64,000 nt of DNA from Zancudomyces culisetae HAW-14-8 (taxonomy: Eukaryota; Fungi; Kickxellomycota). A program made the translations under genes and the position numbers. Positions 22,951-34,002 of this stretch are shown here, one piece after another. The stretch lies in the NCBI GenBank assembly GCA_052426225.1, contig JBNJNM010000013.1, positions 1,798,001-1,862,000 on the forward strand, read 5' to 3'. Below the pieces are notes generated by a model. It was not told the DNA's origin. It made no database searches and was given only the letters and a program-made list of their open reading frames with translations. Each line of letters starts with the position of its first letter. Position 1 is the stretch's first letter.

Positions 22951-24523
22951 TTAACGGCGGTTGGGGGTATCTTCTAAATCTGCTACAACAGCTGAGACTA
23001 CACTTATATCATCAGCCTTTCCTCCATGGTAATAAAGCCCTTCATAAATCGCATGGTTTTGGAATGGACTTTCCGTACAGTCAGAATCCACGCTTACTTT
23101 GTAGGCTCGCTCAGCCAGTTTACGGGATATTTCAGCCGGATCCAAGTAGAGCTGAGGGAATTTTGACGACTGTATTGGTGTCTATAATTATTATTAGTAC
23201 CGACATTTGTTAAATAGCTATTATATACTCTTTTCATTGGAAGATTTTTGCATAGAGTCAATAAAATTTTAAGTAAAGATGGATTTTCAATTTAAATATA
23301 GCCTGTCACTATATAATGTTATTAAGATGAGATGCTTAATATAAAAAAATCTTTTTCAATTACGTACCTTGATAGCTTGGTCAGTGTTGATGAGCTTGGT
23401 GGGTTTGGCCTTAGTTTTAACCACGGGTGATGTACATTGATCCACCACCTCTAGAATATCCTCATCAAATAAATTATCAAACATCCCATCTGATGCAACA
23501 ATTATAAGGTCACCCTTCTTCACTCCAATTCTAAATACCTGAGCGTCTATTGGCATATCCAAACTAGGCTCTGTACTAAGTTGGTAGGGAAAGTTAAATG
23601 AGTGTTGTTGCTCTTCGGTGCGAAATATTATATCACCATCTCTGACTACCATAAGCCCACAATCACCCAAATTAGCTACTCGCAGCTCATTGCCAACTAG
23701 AATTACTATACACGCTGTAGAAGATCCCTTTAAACCCTAGTTGAATAAGTAAAGCAAAAAAAGGGGGGAGGTAAGTTGAATACATTACTTGAAAATAGTA
23801 CAGCGATTTCTTAATTTGAAAAACTTACGAGATCCAAAAGCTTTTTTTTGGCCTTTGCATGAGCGACATTCAAAATGTCCATTGGCGAAGCATCGCTATT
23901 TCTCATAAACTTATCGTCTTCGACATCCTCAAACCTACTAATTTCTTTGCATGCATTGTACATTAGACTCAATGCAAACAGTTTTGGGTTGCCGTTTTTT
24001 TTGTTCATCCATCCTCCAACTCCGTCACCTATTCCAATCGCATCACTTCTATGAAAGTACGCGTCCTCGCCAACGCTTCTACAACACCCTGATTCCTCAT
24101 ATTTGCTCACAATAGCACTATAATCCTCTGTAGCATTGTTTTTCTTTATGTCTGCTCTATTTTTTGGAATTCCGTAGCCCGCATGATAGAAAGTATAGCT
24201 GCCAAGATCGATTGGTCTTTTTTTATGTATATTATCACCTATTCCATATAAAATAAAGTTGTGCTGTAATAAAGATATCCCAGAACCCAATGGTTTGAGT
24301 GGAAAAACTAAAAGTCGAGCTTTGGCTGTCTTCTCATTCATTGTAGTGGTTTAGTTGATATTGGTTTCTTACCTATAACACGGCTAATAGTATCCTTAAA
24401 AGTACCGATGGGTGCAAAGTTTTTGTTTGTGATATACGTGGGGGTATTTCTAAGTGTACCTGTGTTAAAAACAACTTTTTTTGTAGCTTTTGACCCTAAA
24501 CGAAATCCTCTAAGCAAACTCAT
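22951..24523 (-). CDS. PTC7: PP2C/PPM phosphatase, Ptc7 family; exons 24523-24373, 24307-23829, 23736-23368, 23181-22951
   Basis: GEDAYF, GDGVGGW, GSSTAC, ANLGDCG, EQQHSFNFPYQL, ASDGMFDNL, GGKADDISV. All three introns are GT..AG and phase-compatible. Exon 1 is Arg/Lys-rich and presequence-like. Confidence 0.93.
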
Positions 24524-26445
24524 CAATATTAAAGCTCTATGCTCGATATGTACCTTTGTTTTCTTTGATTTCTCTCTGTTTCAAGGAAAGTATTATGAAG
24601 CAATGTGTCATGAATTCTAACAACTAAATTTGATCTACAAAGTGCAGTACATTTAAAGTTGTAATTCACCAAAAAAAATTTTTTTCAAGACGAAAACTCA
24701 ACGATTTATTGTTCTTAGAACTAACTCTTTAGCAACCTTTTTTTTTTATAAACAGCCTTGACCCAAGAAAAGGTATGTAAAAAGTTTGATTTTTTTTTTT
24801 CGTGTTTCCACCTTAAACTACTGGCCCATTTACTAGGAAACAATAAAAAACGAGCACTAATCCACAAATTGTTAACAATACCAAGTTTACTCATCAATAA
24901 AAAAAAATTTTGTACATTTTTGGGCTATAACTCGTTTGGGGCATTTAATTTGCCCAAAATCTCCAGAAAAACCTAATGATTGAATTTCCTACTGGTTAAA
25001 AATACTCTATCAATTTTGAATGACAGTAGTTTGAGTACTATCGATAATTTGATAATAGCACAGCTGTTTAGCTTTCTTTCTGCCTCCCTTTTCGCTCTGT
25101 TGTATCTTTTCCTCAGTAAATTGGCGAGCTACATATTTTTCCTACGTTGTGATTTGCTCTAAATTATGGCTCGATGATTTTTTTAGCGAATTGCAATCAA
25201 AGCCGCTTCTGCAAAAGATGTGCTGCAATTGGGAATGATTATTAGCGCGCATTTTTTGTCAATTACATTTCCCATGACCGCAAAGTAACAGTAAACCTTC
25301 CTTTGATAGAAGACACTATTTGCATTAACCTCGCAAAGCATCATTCTAGATCACATGGGGTTTTTCCTTGTTGGGAATGCTGCACTCTTGTGTTTGAAGC
25401 CTGGTGAATAGTGCACATAGCACTTTTCACATGTGCTTCTTTAATTTCTTTCATCATTTAATTAACTAGAAAATCCCAACCATCACAAAAAACTTGGTCA
25501 AGTCGCACACTGAAAAACTGGTACATTTTTATGAACGAAAAAACATTCAGGAGCAATTTACAAACCAAAAATACCATTTTATAAGATTTGAAACTACCCC
25601 CTGCATACAAGAATTAATGGGCCTTGGGTTTGATATAAAATTTAAACGGTGGAAATCGACACTTTTAAAAGTCAATGCATCCAATGAGGTGGCTATATAT
25701 CATTTAGAATCTAGGACAGCTATGCTTTGTTTTAAAACATAAAAGAGTAGAAAGAAGATCGAAATGCGGCCACTAGCCAGACATCCTCTGTACCACGACG
25801 AAGCGTTATATAAACATGGTTGTGGAGATTAAAATTGTTTCACCAATATGTTTGCTTAATCCATTGTTCTAGGTGGTAATAATGATGATTTGATGAGTAG
25901 TTATTCGAATTTGTTATGGTTTGTGTGCTCACTGGATATAGTATTGAGTTAACACAAAGCGCTTGTGTGTTTTTTAAAATCCTAGTCTAGTTCTCTGTTA
26001 TCCCAGTAATGGCAAAAACAGCAACCAAAATAAATCCCAGTAATGGGGAGTGCCCAGAATCTTTTTTCTTGAGTGAGGGTGAGGGTATGGTGTGTTCGGC
26101 AGTGTGTTTTGAAGGTTTAGCTCCTTTGGTGTCAGAGTGCAAGGCGCTGCGGAGGGAGGTGTTAGTCTTTGTATCTTGAACAAATATACCCCTTTTGATT
26201 ATGCTTGTGTTGTTTTGTGCAGTATTATTCTTCAAAATAAAGGCTAATCCGGCCAAACAGGCGTATGAATGCCAGGGTATTTTCCTGTAACATTAGTTGG
26301 TATGAGCCAACGGGCTAGCCATTTATCAGCGCCAAATGACACCCCCCAGCTATTAAAAAGACGAAGTACTTCCGATCTACTTATGGGCAATTCCAATGTC
26401 ATGATCAATCATTCATATCCAGAAATATGAAACACGGAGTAGGAA

Positions 26446-26499
26446 CATAGTTAATTATATATATAGTTAATTATATATATATATATATAACTAACTATG
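26446..26499. repeat. AT-rich inverted repeat with internal (TA)n
   Basis: Left arm CATAGTTAATTATATATATA matches the reverse complement of the right arm, CATAGTTAGTTATATATATA, at 19/20. Confidence 0.75.
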
Positions 26500-26786
26500 C
26501 ATAGAGAGAATAGAAAAGTAGTTAGTTTTAGTTAGTAGTTCGTTAAGGTTAAGTTAGATAATCATATAGCCATATGGTTAAGTTAGTCAAGATAAATAAT
26601 AAAGTTGCTGATATCACAACGCTAATTTACAATATCCAAAAGTTCAACTCAAAATGCGCAGAAGCGAGAAATTTTTGCTCCAATACTATGCTGGCTTCCT
26701 GAGAAAATGTGTCACTTTTTTTTATGCGAGGAAAATGTGTCATTAGCTGGATAGCAGTTTTGAATATCCATGATCGAGAGGCAAAG

Positions 26787-26860
26787 AACCCAAACACCCT
26801 AATCCTGACCCTTAATCCAAGCCCAAGCCAAGACTCAAATCCAAATCCAAATCCAAATCC
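26787..26860. repeat. Degenerate hexamer array ending in (CCAAAT)n, directly before a TATAAAA
   Basis: Read directly; about 190 nt upstream of the GNAT ATG. Confidence 0.7.
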
Positions 26861-27047
26861 TTTATAAAACCATAACAATTATATAACTTTTCTATTGCCT
26901 GTCTTTGGTAGTAGTGTTTTTTAAAAGCAGATTATCATAATATAATAAGGTCAGAAAATTCTTGATAAAAATATATCGTACTCTTGCTTTACATACATAA
27001 ACGCACACCTAGGGTAAATTAACATTCCAATTACGAGCAAATCAAAA

Positions 27048-28157
27048 ATGGCCATTGAGGAATCATTAGATAACTTTGAGCTGGTGCCAGCCACCACCAT
27101 AGAACAAATACACGAGACTTGGTTAAGGACCCACGCCGAATGGGGTGTAGGAGTCATGGATGTGAAAACCTACCACGATAGAGAACATGTGCTTGCAAAC
27201 CAGGATTTCACCGGAAAAAATATAACCATATGGCTCTATGGCGAGAAGAAGGAAAGGTTGTCAGAAACTGGCTCGTTGAATTTCAAGTCATCACTCGAAA
27301 CTTTCAAGAGAAAGGCACTGATAAAACGAAAGGGGAAAAGCGAAGTCGAGGAAATACTGTGTCATTCAATAGCCACAGTTTTCGTTCCCATATGCAATAG
27401 AGGGCATGGATACGCTAATGGTATGATTGGCGAGCTTTATAAAGCTTTGAGCAAGTTAGGCGAGGCTTCTACTCTGTACTCGGACATAGGAAGAAAGTTT
27501 TATTCAAAGTTTGGATGGGATGTTCATCCATTTGTAATAACCGATATAGAAATATCCGCAATAAACCAAAGCGACAAGCAAGCTACTGACACTGAGCAGT
27601 TTGTTGTGGAGCTGATAGATGAGGAGCTGGCAAAGGAAGTCGCAGAGGAAGATTGTAAGAGACTGGCTGTACAGTTAGAAGAAATGGACTCATCACAGTC
27701 CACAAAGTTCTTAATCTTACCAGAAGTTTCTGCATACCAATGGAGATGGGCGCGGGAAAAGTTTGAGGCGGAGAAATGTTTCGGAATCGATCACAGCAAT
27801 GGAAATGGCCTCAAAATATTTGGTGCAAGAATAAAAAACAGCACTAGCTTTATTATTTGGGCTCACAAATTCAGGGAAAACAAAATGTATATTTTACGAG
27901 AGAACTGGAGTAACGAGAAGCATATAAAACCACTAATGGATGCCTGCATTGCTGAATGCAAGAAGCATAGTCTTTCAAAGATCACATCTTGGAACTTAAA
28001 CCCTGCTTCCATAGCCGTCTTGGAGCGCGAGTATGGACCAGTTGCAGTCACCAGTAATACAATGCCAGAGCTATCTCTGCCCAGTTTGGCAATTTTTAAC
28101 AAAGAAAAAGACGAAAAAGTTGATTGGGTACTAAACAGTGATTATGCTTGGGTATAG
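27048..28157 (+). CDS. GNAT-family acetyltransferase, Lyc1-like lysine N-acetyltransferase, 369 aa
   Basis: Acetyl-CoA motif A IATVFVPICNRGHGYANGMI, STLYSDIGRKFYSKFGW, and a C-terminal SLPSL...VDWVLNSDYAW. Confidence 0.8.
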   Translation: MAIEESLDNFELVPATTIEQIHETWLRTHAEWGVGVMDVKTYHDREHVLANQDFTGKNITIWLYGEKKERLSETGSLNFKSSLETFKRKALIKRKGKSEVEEILCHSIATVFVPICNRGHGYANGMIGELYKALSKLGEASTLYSDIGRKFYSKFGWDVHPFVITDIEISAINQSDKQATDTEQFVVELIDEELAKEVAEEDCKRLAVQLEEMDSSQSTKFLILPEVSAYQWRWAREKFEAEKCFGIDHSNGNGLKIFGARIKNSTSFIIWAHKFRENKMYILRENWSNEKHIKPLMDACIAECKKHSLSKITSWNLNPASIAVLEREYGPVAVTSNTMPELSLPSLAIFNKEKDEKVDWVLNSDYAWV

Positions 28158-28193
28158 CATTTCTATTTATTAAAGTTCGTGTATTGTGTCTAT

Positions 28194-29253
28194 TTACAAC
28201 TTCATGTCTTTTAAAAACTTTTTAACTTTGCGCTCTAGCTGCCTTTCTGTTAACTGCTGAACATTTAGCTTTATGTCCCAGAACATTGCCTATTTCACAT
28301 TTGCACATTATTGTTAACATTTAACTCTTTTTGTAGACTCACTCACCCTTTCCTTGAGCTTACTCCCCCCCTTTTTTTACAAAGAAAAGTAAATAAAGGA
28401 AAAAAACAAGAGTGTATGTATTCCGGTATTACCTTGTAATCCAGCCCATGTTTATTTATCATTTCCTGAATAAATTTAACCTCACCGTCCGAACTCCATC
28501 TCTCTGTCTTGGGTTTGGAGTCTGCCAAGCTCTGTAATTCTATAAAAATATATTTATAATATCGGCATCAGTTTGCAATTCGCGTTCATACAACATCCAT
28601 TTTCAAATATTCTTACTACCCAACAACCCCCCTCTTTTTTATGATTTGTATTTGGTTTTAGGGGAACGCTTTACAAAGTAAAAGTGAATAAACGCCAACG
28701 ACTTACTTCTAGCAATATCTGTTTTAGGTTCTACTGGTGCTTTCTCTCTTTCGATCTCATCCTCCTCCTCTTCTTCTTCCTCGCCCGCTTCTCCGGTTTC
28801 TGGAACTATAATCTTTTCAACTTTCCCCTTTGAATCACGCTTGATAATACCATACCCTGCAGGTATGTATTTTTTCATTTCCTCTTCAGTTAATTCCTCA
28901 TAGTTTTTACCTCCAAGTTGAGCGTATTCAACCTTTTGATCTTCAAGCATTTCTTCGATGTCTGCAAACTCATTTTCCTCTGAAGCTACCTTTTGAGGTT
29001 CACCCTCTCGTTCTTCCTGTTGTTTCTTCTGGTATGAAGGAACATCTAACCAAAACTTTTTGTTGGCTCCTCCAGAAATGCCATTCAACTTTGAAACCAA
29101 TCCAACACGTTTGTAGTTCTCTGCTACCGAGCCCTTTTTGTTCCATCCATCCTTTAGTAAATGAAGACCCTTAAACTTGAGCTTTTTCTTGGGCTTTCCG
29201 CTCACCTTGAGCTTGGGATTCTTAAGCTTCTTTCTTGCTCTTGGATTTGCCAT
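28194..29253 (-). CDS. NOP16: Nucleolar protein 16 (60S biogenesis); exons 29253-28707, 28539-28433, 28289-28194
   Basis: MANPRARKK, WNKKGSVAENYKRVGLVSKLN, MINKHGLDYK|AMFWDIKLNVQQLTERQL; splice phases are consistent. Confidence 0.93.
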
Positions 29254-29937
29254 TTTGGTTTTAATTTAATACTTTTCCTTGCGTTTTATTTTAGCAGGGA
29301 TCGAATTTCTATTTTCATAATGGGAAAAAAAAAGAAAAAAAAGAAAAAATTTTTTTTTGCCATCAATTGTAATGGAGAATCCACTACAAAAATCAAAAAA
29401 AATCCAACAGGTTGTGTGAAATTGAATACAACGCAACCGGTTCATAGGCAGACCCCATAGATCCCATAGACATGGTCTATTAGCGATCATTAGAGTACTG
29501 CGGTAGTTACGTGAGCTGACTTGTGTCGTTATGACCAGTTGAAGTAGTCATGATTATTGCTTTATCTTTCTAATACAGTTCTTTTGCCAAAGAGCACATT
29601 TGATCATTTTAAGGATTAGCCTTAATGCTTTTTTTGGGGCATACTAATAAAGTATAGTAAAAAAAAGTAGGGTGTTAGACACAGAAGCAAAGGTAGGCCT
29701 TTTCTAGTCTCCAATCAAATTAGAAACAAAGTTCTTGAGCTCGATTTACAAGCAAAACTATTACTTTCTTTGAGATGGTTAAGCTCATATACATGTTGTG
29801 AGTACTTGTGTTTGAGTTTGTACGAATCACTACACTACTTTTTAATACTCATGACAGTTTGTTGTATAGTCCCTGGCAATACCCACTATTCTTTGTACTT
29901 TCTCCCTAACATTTCAAAATTATAGCACATCTGTTAT

Positions 29938-29966
29938 AAAACAAAACAAAACAAAACAAAACAAAA
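29938..29966. repeat. (AAAAC)n microsatellite
   Basis: About 5-6 units read directly. Confidence 0.85.
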
Positions 29967-31447
29967 AAGCCCAAATGTATCAAAGGTTAAGGAACGATTG
30001 CATAATAGTGGGTTTAGCAGTAGAAAGGGTTCTAAATCTCAAAAATATAAGAGTCCAACATGCTATGTGACCTTTTATGTGACCTTTTTACCGTTTTTAG
30101 GATAGTATCACTAAGCCCAACTTGCGTACTTTCTGGGACTAATTACCAATAGCCATTTATTTACTGAGATTCAGATATTTTAGATTGGCCTTATGTTCAT
30201 ATACAAATGTACGAACTTACTCTCCTGAATTGAAAATAGATGGATGAATATGGTATGTATTAATGCGTGTGGTAGTAGTGGTGGATCTTCTACTTTTTGC
30301 CTTTTTTTTTTTGAAAGTAGCAATCCTATGGCCAGAGAGCGAATATTTATTCTAGTCTCTGCTGATTTTGCGGATATGAACAGCCCCACTTTAGAGCTCT
30401 GGCGTATTATTTTGAAAATGCACAAACGCATGCTGAGTATGTTAATTCTTTTTTGATACTTTCAATGTACTTTTAAGTACCCATGACAACTACTGCTAAA
30501 AGACAATTCATTCTAATAAAACTGTGATTTTATCTCATCCGATTCTATACGTTTTTTTGTAGCTTTTGAAACAACTTTACTCAATATTTGAGTTGAGCAT
30601 TAGGCTTTTTTTTCCAGAGTTAATATCCATGATGGACAAACACTTGTCCCGCACAGATACCTGTTTCTCCACTTCTCTCACCGTACAACGGATATCGCTT
30701 AGCCTGTAATATAACAGCGGATTTTTTTTTAAATTCTCCACAAGACCTAGGCGGCCTAGGGCAATTTACAATTTATAATTCTGGGCTTAACATACACAAG
30801 AGTTTTCGTCGCAGAGATAATGGCTAGAACAGCGAAATAATTAATAGGGGAAGAAATGTGTTTTTATTAAAGCGTTTTCCCCAATATTTTGAATTAGGCC
30901 TAACTAACACAAATTCTGGTACTTGCTATATATGGGAAGCGGATAAACCATGCTTGAATATATATAATATAATTAAAGCGGGATTTTGTTATACTATGTG
31001 AGAAAACATGTTGAATTAGCATGATATTCTAGAAAGTCCAATGGACCTGCGTGGTAATATGGTAGTTTTTTCTATGAAGCATACTTTATTTGATTTAGTT
31101 AAATATCAACTGCTGTGTGTTTTGTGTTATAAAAAATAGCAAAAGAAGTATAATACGCATCATAAACAATAGTTCAAAATTTTCGCAATTCATAACATGA
31201 TATTTGTTATACATATATACTAATAGCACAGAGAAACGATACTAGCATCTACATTTATATTTACATTTACATTCAAAGTTTTCTAACTCATTCGAATTAG
31301 AACCATTAGGTATTAGCGTACAACAGCACAACAACCCCATTAAACATAGCATCTAATACCATTGCAACACCATAGTTACATTTACAACTTAACCAATATA
31401 ATAATACACAAATCATCCATAATAAGTATTAAAAAAAAAACATAATC

Positions 31448-33585
31448 ATGAGCAGAGGAAGGTTTATGTTTGATGTGATAAGCGAACACAGATCAAACGA
31501 AAAAATCCTAGATGGTTTGGGTATATCATGCGAATCATCAAACCCAAGCAAAGATAGCCAACGGGAAACTGGATCAACAAAGCTTTTGTATTCAAAAAAC
31601 TTCAAAAAGGTTACTATTAATGGAGTATCACATTATGCATTTGTATCCAACTCTCGAAATGTAGATCCGCTAATGCGATCTAATTCTAACCCACATAATC
31701 AAGACCTCAGAGTTCAAGAACTGTACAACCGAAGTGCCAGCCTAGCCAACACTCCTTTATCTCTTGGTTATACTGGTAGCTATTCGGGGAGTATTTACAA
31801 TGAAGATACACACAGCTCTATATCAGATATGCCTTTTGGCATAAGAGAGCATCTTTATACTGGTAACAGTAATTTATTGCCATACAACCACAATTTACTG
31901 AACAATCATTATAATATAGATTCCAACTTTAGAAACTATCTGGAAAAACCTGGGTCCAGGTGGAATTTACTATGTTGTACAGATCGCTCATTTTATCAAC
32001 GAGCTAGAAAAAACTGGCTGGCTATCCTTATTTCTGTAGTACACATATTTTTTTTTATCAAGTTGGTGTACTTTAACACAATTGTTTCCAACAGACTCCT
32101 ACACAAAACATCTGACACTAACATTATGTTTTTCAGACCCGAGGTAAGTTTATTTACTCTTTATTTAACTACAAAAACCTGTAGAACGTACAATGTGTCG
32201 TTTTTTTTTTTTTGCAAACTAGTACCTATAAAAGCAAATGAGTATGCTCTGGTAGTTTAGGATGTACAAAATTAATGTGCTATTCCTATTTTTTTGAGCT
32301 TTTTTTACTTCTTGAAAAGAATTAGCAAGATAATTTAAAAAGCGTTTCAACTGAACATTAACCAAAAAATTTATAGACACTTGTTGCTGCCGGATCAGTG
32401 TTTGCTCCTTGTATGCGTGTTTCAACATTTTCAAACAAGTCACAATTGCCATGCCCTGTTGTTTTTAATGAAGTGCATGCAAAAAACTCGACACGACCAC
32501 TAGATATATTTTGCAATATAGATTCATACTGTAACCTGTTACAACATATTAAAAAAAACGACACCACCAACACAAGCATTAAAGATACACTCACGGTTAA
32601 AAAAAAAATCGGTGACCTGGATTTCAAATACCAAAGTGGTAGATTTATCTACGGCATGATAATTCCCTCTGGTCTTCTACAGCTAATTTTTATATTGATA
32701 GTAAATCTAACAGTTTTCATTGAAGTGCAGAAGCGGATCGGATCACTAATAACGTTGTTTGTGTATCTGTATTCTGGTATTACAGGATATCTATTTGCAG
32801 CAAATTATCTGTCAACAATAGCTGTAATCACGGGCCCAGTTCCATCTGCTTTTGGAATTTACACTACTTACTTGATGTTATTTGCAAAAGACGTATTAAT
32901 GGACTCTAGTAAAGACAACTATATGTTCAAGATGATTCCTTTTAAGGGAGTGGGCAGAAAAAACAATCACTACAAAGAACTAAATCCGCAATATACTAGG
33001 TTTTTTATTTATTTGCTATTGATGGTTTTGTATGCTCTATCGCCGTTTTCATACTTTCTGTTGGTGATAGGTGGAATGGTTGGTGGGTTATTTTCAGTTT
33101 TGTTTGTCATTATCTGGGTAGGTGCCAACGATAGCAGTTGGAAAAAAAACGAGTCGGATACCAATGATGTATATGTAGGAGCACTTCTACATACGGACAG
33201 TAGACATGATGTAGAGGATTTAAACTATGTCGCAGCGCATGGAAGTACTCAGTTAAATCTAATTACTGGAAACAATGACGATACGCCAAGTAAATATCTG
33301 AAGGCATATTCAAAGAATGTTAATACTGTTTCGGATAGACGACAGCTTATTCTAAAGGTACTTATCAGAACAATGGTGTTTATCTCGCTACCACTTTATA
33401 TTTGGTGTCTATACCATTCCTTTAAAAACAGACATATTTCAGGTCTACAGAAGCTGTATGGAGACAGAGTCACACCACACTATCAAAAAAGCCTGGAATT
33501 TGCAGAGTGTAGAGGTGCAAGTGGTTTATTGCGTTGGGCTATTGAGTATTTATCAGCAATATGTGGAAAACAGAGTGCAGTTTAG
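31448..33585 (+). CDS. Rhomboid-family membrane protein lacking catalytic residues; exons 31448-32143, 32377-33585
   Basis: Long cytosolic N-terminus, TM1, then ..RPE|TLVAAGSVFAPCMR (cf. GA.F.PCM), a Cys loop, QSGRF (cf. QWWRF), VQKRIG...VYLYSGITGYLF and IGGMVGG. The catalytic GxSG appears as GPVPS. Confidence 0.8.
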
Positions 33586-34002
33586 AAAAATTGCGAATTT
33601 TCAGATTACTCACCAAAAAATTGTATATTTTCTTTAGTATATAGTTATCTGATACGATTATTTATTTCAGTAGAAAAGTATTTTTTATTATATATTTAAT
33701 ACTATTAAAAAAAAAATAGCAGGTATAATAGAAAAACAAATCGGTTATATTAAACAAGCAATCTATTGTTATTCTGACAGTCAAACACAGTTACTGGCAT
33801 AATTAAAACATTAAATAGCGCTCTTATAATATCCATATACAATTTCACCCAATATCCATGCCCTTTCGGCATATAAACTCCAGGAACACACAAATAATGA
33901 AACAGGAGGAATGTGGCAAATTGGAATAATGATCAACCCCCCCTCCCCAAGTATGCAATGTTCTCTTCCGCTCGCACTAGTGTCAAATTATTGTGGATAA
34001 GC

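Noticed and set aside
25987-26402. 89-aa minus ORF with an upstream ACTAAT..CAG acceptor
   Set aside because: I found no coherent upstream exon and no recognisable product.
26787-26860. Interstitial telomere-like (CCCTAA) array
   Set aside because: There is only one exact CCCTAA; the rest is CCAAAT/CCAAGC-type degenerate repeat.
29420-29560. GC-richer patch upstream of NOP16 as a snRNA or snoRNA
   Set aside because: I could not identify a U-snRNA, U3 or box C/D signature; an Rfam scan would be needed.
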